Positions 57,061 to 64,000 of a stretch of 64,000 nucleotides of DNA are shown here, piece by piece. Position numbers and translations under genes: made by a program. A model generated the notes under the pieces. The model ran no database searches, was not told the DNA's origin, and was given only the letters and a program-made list of their open reading frames with translations. This DNA comes from a virus: the IMG/VR virus record IMGVR_UViG_3300025174_000005, one strand, 5' to 3'. Numbering within the stretch: position 1 is the stretch's first letter; every line of letters begins with the position of its first letter.

Positions 57061-58242
57061 TTACTCCAAATCATAAGCTACAAGAATAAACAGTTTCTTA
57101 TTAGCGCCCATACCGTAAGCACTAAGTGAAAGCACTTCGTTTGGAGCACCCTCAATATGCATAACGCCAGACTGATTAAAATTATTACCACCACTATATA
57201 TTCTATATACTTTTATAGCAGAAGTTAAGAAGTCTACTTCTACCGTTCCATTAGACTCTATATTTATTACTATGTTCTTAATACTAATTTTTTTACCTGA
57301 AGTGGGAGTTATAATTGTTTGAGATGGAACAATTCCACCTGCTCCTGAAGTGAACTCACTAGAAAAAGTAAGCATCCCCTCTGTCAGAAGAGAGTTAGTG
57401 GTGTTAAGATCGGCATCATTGGATGCTCCTAGTCGTAATATCATACCACTACGAGCATATAGGTGAACATCGATAGTACTTGAATTAAGATTCGTATTTT
57501 CAAACCTAACTAAAAACGTTAATGTTGAGGTTAATGTAGTAGTAGTAGGAGTAACTTTATGTATTAACTTTTTATCTTGAAGAAATATTATAGCACCTTG
57601 TGTATAGTATATCTCATATAAGTGATAATTAATATCTAATACAAAAGAATTACCTCCATTAAAACTACTAACAACCGTATCCGAACTACCTTTTCTTATG
57701 CCAATATTAACCGTTGTTCCATTTATCTCATAGTAGGCTGCATCGGCTAAATCGCTTGAGAATACTCCCCACCTACGCCTATTATTGGTTGTTCCTATAT
57801 CTGGTAGTCTTACCCCTGCTATATAAATATTAGCTGAACCAGAGGAAAAAATACCTATATCTTGCGAATAAATAGAGACAGAACCATTGGCAGTAGTTCC
57901 TGTATGACAAACAAGCTCACCACCTGATACTGTTTGAGAACCTCCATTAACCAGTGAAGATAACCATATTCCAACATCAAGAGGAGTGACTGAAAAATTA
58001 CCACCCGCTAGTTTTATTGTGCTAGCTGTTTTAATCTCACCAAATGTACTAACTATATTATCATAGCTAAATACATAATCAGTAATGCCAACCTTGGGAT
58101 TATTACCTAAGGTAACATTTAAGTTGTTGTCCGTTACACCTACTGTATTGGTACCATCTGTAACCACAACAGGCCAGGCATTAGCCAGGGAAGTTGGACT
58201 TCCCTGGTCTGCAGCACCATCATTAAATGAATTTATTCCCAT
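57061..58242 (-). CDS. Head-fibre-like protein with a lectin-like beta-sandwich
   Basis: 'ANAWPVVVTDGTNTVGV' fibre motif; concanavalin-like central domain (YHLYEIYY). Confidence 0.5.
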   Translation of the reverse strand: MGINSFNDGAADQGSPTSLANAWPVVVTDGTNTVGVTDNNLNVTLGNNPKVGITDYVFSYDNIVSTFGEIKTASTIKLAGGNFSVTPLDVGIWLSSLVNGGSQTVSGGELVCHTGTTANGSVSIYSQDIGIFSSGSANIYIAGVRLPDIGTTNNRRRWGVFSSDLADAAYYEINGTTVNIGIRKGSSDTVVSSFNGGNSFVLDINYHLYEIYYTQGAIIFLQDKKLIHKVTPTTTTLTSTLTFLVRFENTNLNSSTIDVHLYARSGMILRLGASNDADLNTTNSLLTEGMLTFSSEFTSGAGGIVPSQTIITPTSGKKISIKNIVINIESNGTVEVDFLTSAIKVYRIYSGGNNFNQSGVMHIEGAPNEVLSLSAYGMGANKKLFILVAYDLE

Positions 58243-58262
58243 ACTATCCTATAATATTAAGT

Positions 58263-58670
58263 TTATGATATTTCCATAACTCTGACTTCATTACCAGCAC
58301 TTCCTGCGATAGCATATAATACAACACTACCTATATCTATAGAGAAAGAATCTCCCTTAAGTACTTTAATACCATCGGCAGTGGTAACCGCACTACCACC
58401 AAGATATATGGTAGTATTACTGTTATTTTGTAAGAATATAGTTTTTCTATCAGTTAAAGTAGATGCAGGCAGTGCAACCGCTGATGTTCCAACCGTAACT
58501 GCAGTAGTCTGCATACTACCACTATATCCACCAAATGTAACTGTGTTATTGGCTGGATCTATTTTAATAGTATTAGCACTAGTATCTAGTCCAACCTCAC
58601 CTATAATCTGACTACCAGCAGGTAACTCTGCTATTACCTCAACATCATGATTGGTAATAAATCCTGACAT
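58263..58670 (-). CDS. Small virion accessory protein
   Basis: C-terminal ~80 aa paralogous to that of 58707-59591 (DRKTI..QN.S...IY.GGS.VTT..G). Confidence 0.55.
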   Translation of the reverse strand: MSGFITNHDVEVIAELPAGSQIIGEVGLDTSANTIKIDPANNTVTFGGYSGSMQTTAVTVGTSAVALPASTLTDRKTIFLQNNSNTTIYLGGSAVTTADGIKVLKGDSFSIDIGSVVLYAIAGSAGNEVRVMEIS

Positions 58671-58706
58671 ATCACATCATCTCCCTTATAACTACATTAA
58701 TTACAA

Positions 58707-59591
58707 CTAAGAAACTTCCATTATAACAGCTGGAATGCTAGCAGAAGTAGATATACCATACAGACTAGCAGATCCGATATCCATTGACCAGCTATCCCTA
58801 GGACCTATCCTAAATCCGTTGGTTGTAGTAACACCACTTCCACCTACATAAATAGCCGTAGATGTAGATTTGTTCTGTACCATTATTGTTTTCCTATCAA
58901 TCAATACGGATGAGGGAAGAAGAGACGCAATCATACCTATGGTTATATCTGTTGTTAGGATAGTGCCGCTTAAACCTGGTGACGCTTGCTCTATATTAAC
59001 TATAAGAGGATTACTGTCTATGCCTAGTTCATTACCATCATTATCTCTGAGATTAGTGTGTATGGCACGCTTGGGCGTTATACGGGCTGCTGCTGCTTGA
59101 TCTTCAGTAGGATCACTAGCAATTGTATCGTTGAGTATGCCACCAATAGGTATGAATTCATCTACGCCTTCTGCAAATGATGTTTCGTCTATTTGACCTG
59201 TTAGTGTTCCGCCTACGATATCAACCTTTAGAGCTTTATCTGTACCTATGGTTGATATACCTACCGTATCAACTCCGTTTGTTATCTTAACTTCTGCGGT
59301 ACCATTTGTAAGAGTTAGATCTATGGTGTCTAACTTATCTTCCACCTCATCAGCATTGTTTCTGATTGTGGTTAATAAGGCAATGATATCATCTAACTTA
59401 AGTTCTAACTCGTCTGTATTAATATTTAATTCGTCTAAATCAATATTAATAGGTAAATCTTCTAAGAGATCTATGATGGTTTGAAGCTTGGTTTTAATAT
59501 CATCATCAAATACTAGTTCTTCGCGTTCGTCATTTAAAAAAGCTTGGCCAACAAGATGTTGGCCTCCCAATATTATTTCTTCATCTGCCAT
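58707..59591 (-). CDS. Coiled-coil fibre-like accessory protein
   Basis: Acidic heptads, then fibre motifs (LRDNDGNELG), then the shared C-terminal domain. Confidence 0.55.
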   Translation of the reverse strand: MADEEIILGGQHLVGQAFLNDEREELVFDDDIKTKLQTIIDLLEDLPINIDLDELNINTDELELKLDDIIALLTTIRNNADEVEDKLDTIDLTLTNGTAEVKITNGVDTVGISTIGTDKALKVDIVGGTLTGQIDETSFAEGVDEFIPIGGILNDTIASDPTEDQAAAARITPKRAIHTNLRDNDGNELGIDSNPLIVNIEQASPGLSGTILTTDITIGMIASLLPSSVLIDRKTIMVQNKSTSTAIYVGGSGVTTTNGFRIGPRDSWSMDIGSASLYGISTSASIPAVIMEVS

Positions 59592-59616
59592 AGTAATAAT
59601 CCTATGTTGTATATTA

Positions 59617-60249
59617 TTATTTTAAACGGTAGGCTTCCTTCATAGTAGTATTTATAGATACTACGGTATCCTTCAGTGCTTTAAGTTCTGTTATCATACT
59701 TGTAGCAGCTTTATCTTCCGACTGAGCAATAACATTAGCCACTGAATTAATTGAGGTTACTGTATTAGAGGCTAGTTGATTAGTAGCACCTATTAATTGT
59801 TTTTGTAACTCCATCATAGAATCTATCTTAGATACCATCGTTGTTAATGGTACTATTATATCCTTGTTGTCCTTACCAACGATGGAAGTACTAAGGCTTT
59901 GAAGCGCCGTAAGACAACCCATCATAGCATTTAATTTATGAACCATCTCTTGTTCTTGAGCAAACATAGATCCTGCAATGTCTACAAGGGAATTATGAAT
60001 TTCATCTAATTTGGATACCATAGTTATATTCATAGATTGCAATGTATTCTTAACTATATCTATCATAGTACTCTTCATACTATCTATAGAATAACTTGTT
60101 TGTTTGGTGAGAGCGTCTACAGCCTCTATAGTTTTACCGAGGAGCGCTTCCATCCTATCTAATCTAACGTACGTACCTAAGTCCTGATAAGTAGTGATGG
60201 TATTATCGGCTCCGCCTTGTTGACCACCAACTGTTATTTCTTTAGCCAT
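59617..60249 (-). CDS. Coiled-coil protein (whisker/fibritin-like?)
   Basis: Almost entirely heptad-patterned helix. Confidence 0.4.
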   Translation of the reverse strand: MAKEITVGGQQGGADNTITTYQDLGTYVRLDRMEALLGKTIEAVDALTKQTSYSIDSMKSTMIDIVKNTLQSMNITMVSKLDEIHNSLVDIAGSMFAQEQEMVHKLNAMMGCLTALQSLSTSIVGKDNKDIIVPLTTMVSKIDSMMELQKQLIGATNQLASNTVTSINSVANVIAQSEDKAATSMITELKALKDTVVSINTTMKEAYRLK

Positions 60250-60265
60250 TTATTTCACGCTCCTA

Positions 60266-60790
60266 TTATATCCTTACGTGTAATGTAACTAATGCGTGTT
60301 TTGTTGTTACATCAGCATTAGCGCATGTAATTCGTATATAAAGAGATGGCATATCAAAACCTATGATAGCCCTGTTATTGTTAACACTTACTGTGTCATA
60401 TACATACCATTCCTCGCCATCTGGCGAGAGTTCTAACTGAATAGAAAAGTTACCTGTTGTTACTACATAACCTACTACCTTGTTTACATCTCCTACACTT
60501 ACCACAGCACTTTGAACTGATGAAGAACCATTTACATCTGTATCTATAATACGCTCTGTACGTACTCTAGTTTCTCCACCAAACTCTAATGTCATCTCAC
60601 CTGTAACCTTGACAATAATACCATCTAAGATAGCTTTAGCAATATTGGTAAGATCCTTACCGCGTAGATCTCCAGATATGGGGTTTAAATGACTTAGATT
60701 AGTCCCTGTAATAGGGTCCCAATAATGGGCATATCGAATATGCTTAGGTGCATCTTCATTTAATGCTACTGTTAAGGGAATATGAGGCAT
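60266..60790 (-). CDS. Capsid-associated protein, paralog B
   Basis: N-terminal VAL...YWDPITGTNLS..NPISGDL...DLTNI..AI..G shared with 60808-61131. Confidence 0.5.
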   Translation of the reverse strand: MPHIPLTVALNEDAPKHIRYAHYWDPITGTNLSHLNPISGDLRGKDLTNIAKAILDGIIVKVTGEMTLEFGGETRVRTERIIDTDVNGSSSVQSAVVSVGDVNKVVGYVVTTGNFSIQLELSPDGEEWYVYDTVSVNNNRAIIGFDMPSLYIRITCANADVTTKHALVTLHVRI

Positions 60791-60807
60791 ATTGCTTGCC
60801 CTCCTAG

Positions 60808-61131
60808 TTAAGCTGTTGTTGCTTCAGCCTTAGCTGAAAGCCTACTGATCGTATCATTCCACTTCTTCATAATTTTATCCATATCATGTTTCTGTTTAGC
60901 TTCATCACTCCACCTGCAGCGTGTTGGAATTACATTGGGTGGTTTAATACCATCTATTTTACCTTCAATAACTACTAATACTCCTGTATTTATAGCTACC
61001 TTAATACCGCTTAAATCCATTTGATCGTTAAGATCGGATGATACAGGTGAACCAAGAGATAGGTTTGTTTGCGTTAATGTATCAAAATAAGAAGCTGCTG
61101 ACGGATTATATGGATGTAGTGCTACCTTCAT
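60808..61131 (-). CDS. Capsid-associated protein, paralog A
   Basis: First gene after the MCP terminator; start moved to ATG 61131 (GGAGG SD); VAL...YFDTLTQTNLS...PVSSDL...DLSGI..AI..G. Confidence 0.55.
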   Translation of the reverse strand: MKVALHPYNPSAASYFDTLTQTNLSLGSPVSSDLNDQMDLSGIKVAINTGVLVVIEGKIDGIKPPNVIPTRCRWSDEAKQKHDMDKIMKKWNDTISRLSAKAEATTA

Positions 61132-61225
61132 AAAAATTATATCCTCCAAGAAGTTGTAATTTACTTAGGTAGCAGCCAGCTAACATATATCTTGTTTCCT
61201 ACTAAGAAATAATAGCGATATAAAC

Positions 61226-61260
61226 AAGAAGAACAGGGCTGGAGCAGCCCTGTTCTTCTT
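61226..61260 (-). terminator. Intrinsic terminator after the major capsid gene
   Basis: Perfect 16-bp stem AAGAAGAACAGGGCTG / CAGCCCTGTTCTTCTT with a 3-nt loop; T-rich on both sides. Confidence 0.85.
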
Positions 61261-61289
61261 TTGCTTCTTAATTATACTTGTTAAACTAA

Positions 61290-62420
61290 TTATATCGTTT
61301 TGACGAGAAGAGCAGGATTGTAAGAAGGTTGTAGGGATATATTCTTAGCAACAGATATTGCACGACCTTCATTGAATATACCAGGAGCTCTCCGTTCACG
61401 AATACGCATAGACTGAACATCCTTGCGAGGATCTTTGAATTCTTCAATTTCCATATCGGATTTAACTACCCAACATCCAACTGCATTGCGATCAATTAAA
61501 TACATATCGAATGTTTTATTGATTAGGTCGATAGGCGCAAAAGGTGTAGGGATGACTTCTAGAGGTAATGGTAAGTTTCTAGAGATAACTTCTGCACCAT
61601 CATTAGCTCTTGCAAAAGCAGTAGGTAACTGGTTAGCACCTACTGATGGTAGTTTCAGATCTCTGATGGGCTTAGCAAGATTCTGTGTAACATGAACAAT
61701 TTGCTGTCCAAGAGAGCCAAGTATTTCGTTTTTGGCAAATACAGACCATGCTAATGGATGAATAAGTAGTGTGGTGGGTATAAAACCATTTGCATGCATT
61801 GCATAGTACATATCAATAAAATCAAATGGGCTCAAGGTATTATTGGGTGAACCTGTTGGACCTACACCTGTAGTATGAGCATCCGTTCCAGGTAAGCTGT
61901 TGTCAAATACAACATGACCGAATTTATTAAATTCGTGGAATAACCACTCTTCTTTAAACCGAGCCATAGCTTGACCTGCAGCTTTCATATGAAGACCCAC
62001 AACATCCCACTGAGCATCTTCAATTAACTCGTCAGAGAGTTCAATCATAAGACCAAACTTACGCACTCTCACATCGAGACTTTGACGATGACGTTGAATA
62101 TCAAGATAGTCTTGCCTATATTCTCCAAGTTCATCTACAAAATGTGCCCGTAATACACCAATAGAGGGGAACTCTATAGATACACCTTTCTCTAATGTAA
62201 TCTCAGGAAGCATAGACCCGAGTACGTAAAGGGGTTCCATTGCTTCACGGATAGCACCAATAACTATATTGGGAACTATTACTGCAGCATCAGTTGAAGT
62301 TAAAACTTCGTTTATTGTATATCTGCTTGATGGATTAAGAGTATTACGAGACCGCATTTCGAGGTGAGCTTTTACGATCTCATACTTTTCCTCTAGTTTT
62401 AGACTATCAATCCTAGACAT
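61290..62420 (-). CDS. Major capsid protein (HK97 fold)
   Basis: 'V.VRKFGLMIELSDELIEDAQWDVV..HM.AAGQAMARFKE', 'LLIHPLAW', 'EEFKDP.KD...MRIRER'; flanked by hairpins; strong SD. Confidence 0.9.
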   Translation of the reverse strand: MSRIDSLKLEEKYEIVKAHLEMRSRNTLNPSSRYTINEVLTSTDAAVIVPNIVIGAIREAMEPLYVLGSMLPEITLEKGVSIEFPSIGVLRAHFVDELGEYRQDYLDIQRHRQSLDVRVRKFGLMIELSDELIEDAQWDVVGLHMKAAGQAMARFKEEWLFHEFNKFGHVVFDNSLPGTDAHTTGVGPTGSPNNTLSPFDFIDMYYAMHANGFIPTTLLIHPLAWSVFAKNEILGSLGQQIVHVTQNLAKPIRDLKLPSVGANQLPTAFARANDGAEVISRNLPLPLEVIPTPFAPIDLINKTFDMYLIDRNAVGCWVVKSDMEIEEFKDPRKDVQSMRIRERRAPGIFNEGRAISVAKNISLQPSYNPALLVKTI

Positions 62421-62467
62421 CTATTATTCTTCCTCCTTCGAGATGACGCTCTCGTATTAACTTAGAA

Positions 62468-62496
62468 GAAGAGGCGAGCGATTAACTCGCCTCTTC
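62468..62496 (-). terminator. Hairpin between the decoration gene and the MCP gene
   Basis: 11-bp stem GAAGAGGCGAG / CTCGCCTCTTC with a 7-nt loop. Confidence 0.65.
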
Positions 62497-62502
62497 CTTA
62501 TC

Positions 62503-63738
62503 TTACAGAGCATTTACTATTATTCTTATTGCACCAATAGATCCTTTAAAGTCTATATTTGTAGGTATACCTGCGACTACTTGTTTGAGAGAGGTATATT
62601 TTACGTGGTAGGTTTTAATGGAACTAGCACCAGCAATTAATATTTTACCTTTATATCTTTGAACTGTATAGCGATCATTTTCTCTTAACTGTACACCGTC
62701 TTCGTATACTTGTATTTCAGACATCTTTAATATTGGATTAAGAATGTCCAGGTGACGAGCAAGACGATCATGAGTAAGTTTAACCGTACCAAGACCACCA
62801 TCTACATATAGATTATCTGCTGATGCTAAACCATCTCCAGGATATACACCAACTGATGTAGTAAGATCGACTTCATATACTTCTTTCTGAGACATTACAC
62901 CGTCGGTTAATCCAGGGATACCATTTGCAGCACGAAGCTGTTCTGGGAATCCATAGAGAGGATCGAAGGGGAACGGCAACGGATAAGTATTATATGAAGG
63001 ATCTGTGTGCCCTTGCAATCCTGTTAATCCAGGTGAAGGCGGTAGTGGTTGGTTTATGTCGTAGACATTGTAAGCCCAGTTTGATGGATCGAATGCATTC
63101 TTTTCGTTGATGGTCTGTACGCTTTCCCACATAACCCATTGCAACCAACCTTCCAATGGTTTTTGTGTATCTAAACCCGTAACTTGACCCATTCTTTGTT
63201 CTATTGCATCTACGCCAGATACCCATTTTACGAAGTGACCGACTGTATCTGACTTTACCCAATCACCTTGTACTAAGTTGGGATCTGCACTAGACTCACG
63301 AGTTGCGCATGCCCATGCCATTTCTGATGCTAAAGCAACATCTGGTATGTAAGGTATTTCAATGTGAGCTCTCCTTAGTATTGAAGGGAAGTTCCCACGG
63401 AACCGTCCAGGAACCACTTGAAAGTAGTTGGTTTGAGCAATACCTAATGGTTTATTGGCTCCATTAGCTAATGTAACAACCGTTCTTGGATATCCTGTGT
63501 CAGGATCGGGAGCAACAGGACCAGGATCTCTTACTGCAACTATGCGACCCTTTGTAATTACGATACGCTCAGGTCTGAAGAAAGTACCTGCGAACGGAAA
63601 TTCTAATATTACTGGTAATGTTGGATCTGTTACGAATCCACTTCCTAAAGAAACACCTTCACCAATAACTAATTTGTTCTGTGTGCGGGGATTTAGAAAA
63701 GTTTCCCCTACTGGAAAATTACCACCAATTAAACCCAT
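62503..63738 (-). CDS. Head decoration/cement protein
   Basis: Immediately upstream of the MCP; 'ITKGRIVA', 'QGDWVKSD..G.FVKW..G.D..EQRMGQV' resembles head-decoration proteins. Confidence 0.65.
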   Translation of the reverse strand: MGLIGGNFPVGETFLNPRTQNKLVIGEGVSLGSGFVTDPTLPVILEFPFAGTFFRPERIVITKGRIVAVRDPGPVAPDPDTGYPRTVVTLANGANKPLGIAQTNYFQVVPGRFRGNFPSILRRAHIEIPYIPDVALASEMAWACATRESSADPNLVQGDWVKSDTVGHFVKWVSGVDAIEQRMGQVTGLDTQKPLEGWLQWVMWESVQTINEKNAFDPSNWAYNVYDINQPLPPSPGLTGLQGHTDPSYNTYPLPFPFDPLYGFPEQLRAANGIPGLTDGVMSQKEVYEVDLTTSVGVYPGDGLASADNLYVDGGLGTVKLTHDRLARHLDILNPILKMSEIQVYEDGVQLRENDRYTVQRYKGKILIAGASSIKTYHVKYTSLKQVVAGIPTNIDFKGSIGAIRIIVNAL

Positions 63739-63786
63739 TTATTATTCCTCCTAAAATTTTGTTCTAGGCACATTCGTTGCTGCATA

Positions 63787-64000
63787 CTAGCTACGTTTGG
63801 AGCGGTTTTCAAATTGTCCTAAGAACCACTTTACTTGTTCTAGATCTTCCTTACAACCCTGTTTGGCTCGATCTAGTACATCTCCACTAAGTTCTGGTAA
63901 CTTAGCTTCTGAAGCAGCCATTGCATTAGCTGTCAATTCGTTATCCGTATCTGCGCTTAATGTTGGATCCTTAACCTCTGGTAGCACAACTTTCTTATTA
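63787..64000 (-). CDS. C-terminal part of an ORF starting beyond the window (scaffold/prohead protease-like position)
   Basis: Frame is open to the right edge (NKKVVLPEVKDP...); acidic helical tail; located upstream of the decoration and MCP genes. Confidence 0.5.
   Translation of the reverse strand, partial: NKKVVLPEVKDPTLSADTDNELTANAMAASEAKLPELSGDVLDRAKQGCKEDLEQVKWFLGQFENRSKRS

Noticed and set aside
53929-58242. Apparent low-GC foreign island in the head accessory cassette
   Set aside because: Spot counts (~27-30% GC) are matched by lines in baseplate genes; not supportable without a sliding-window computation.
61185-61230. Inverted repeat TCTTGTTT/AAACAAGA as an antiterminator for the MCP terminator
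   Set aside because: The partner sequence lies downstream of the terminator in the transcript, so it cannot pre-empt termination; only 8 bp and AT-rich.
1-64000. Plus-strand ORFs and short nested minus-strand ORFs in the track (e.g. 12131-12475, 35455-35646, 47578-48084, 25113-25523)
   Set aside because: They are antisense or alternate-frame shadows of long genes, often of low-complexity segments, with no SD or recognisable motifs.
1-64000. Stop-codon reassignment (TAG/TGA recoding as in some large phages)
   Set aside because: Genes tile densely under the standard code, and TAG and TGA end genes at sensible boundaries (e.g. 9234, 27174, 433).
1-64000. CRISPR array, tRNA, intron, intein or diversity-generating retroelement
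   Set aside because: No regularly spaced repeat-spacer run, cloverleaf, intein terminal motif, reverse transcriptase or adenine-only-divergent repeat pair was seen; intergenic gaps are all under about 150 bp.

Overview
This window holds about 64 kb of the virion-morphogenesis region of a large, probably jumbo, contractile-tailed (myovirus-like) phage. The DNA is AT-rich and every credible gene lies on the minus strand, using the standard genetic code. Read in transcription order (right to left): partial scaffold-like ORF, head decoration protein, HK97-type major capsid protein, a cassette of about 9 head/neck accessory proteins made of paralogous modules, a patatin phospholipase, neck proteins, 2 sheath paralogs, 3 tube paralogs, 2 tail-assembly chaperone paralogs, 2 giant tape-measure/ejection-like proteins, a 2370-aa hub/lysin (lytic transglycosylase plus M23 peptidase), baseplate and fibre genes, a holin-like gene, an amidase endolysin, and a cluster of at least 6 glycosyltransferases plus a polysaccharide pyruvyltransferase that runs off the left edge. 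Strong Shine-Dalgarno sites, sigma70/sigmaA-type promoters, CgeB- and CsaB-like genes and the lack of visible spanins suggest a Bacillota-type host (inference). The most unusual observations are: (1) an intact PolA/RNase D-type DEDDy 3'-5' exonuclease domain inside a tape-measure-position protein, next to a second giant protein with a degenerate thermonuclease fold; (2) the glycosylation/pyruvylation island with its own near-consensus promoter, plus mucin-like Thr/Pro repeats in a virion protein as possible acceptors; (3) a baseplate paralog split at a TTTTAAAC junction around a Gly-rich insert; (4) a candidate phage late-promoter motif, CTAAGT(A/T)A; (5) a ~22-aa module shared by three unrelated structural proteins; (6) several homing-endonuclease-like stubs. 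All family assignments come from motif recognition by eye; no database search was run.
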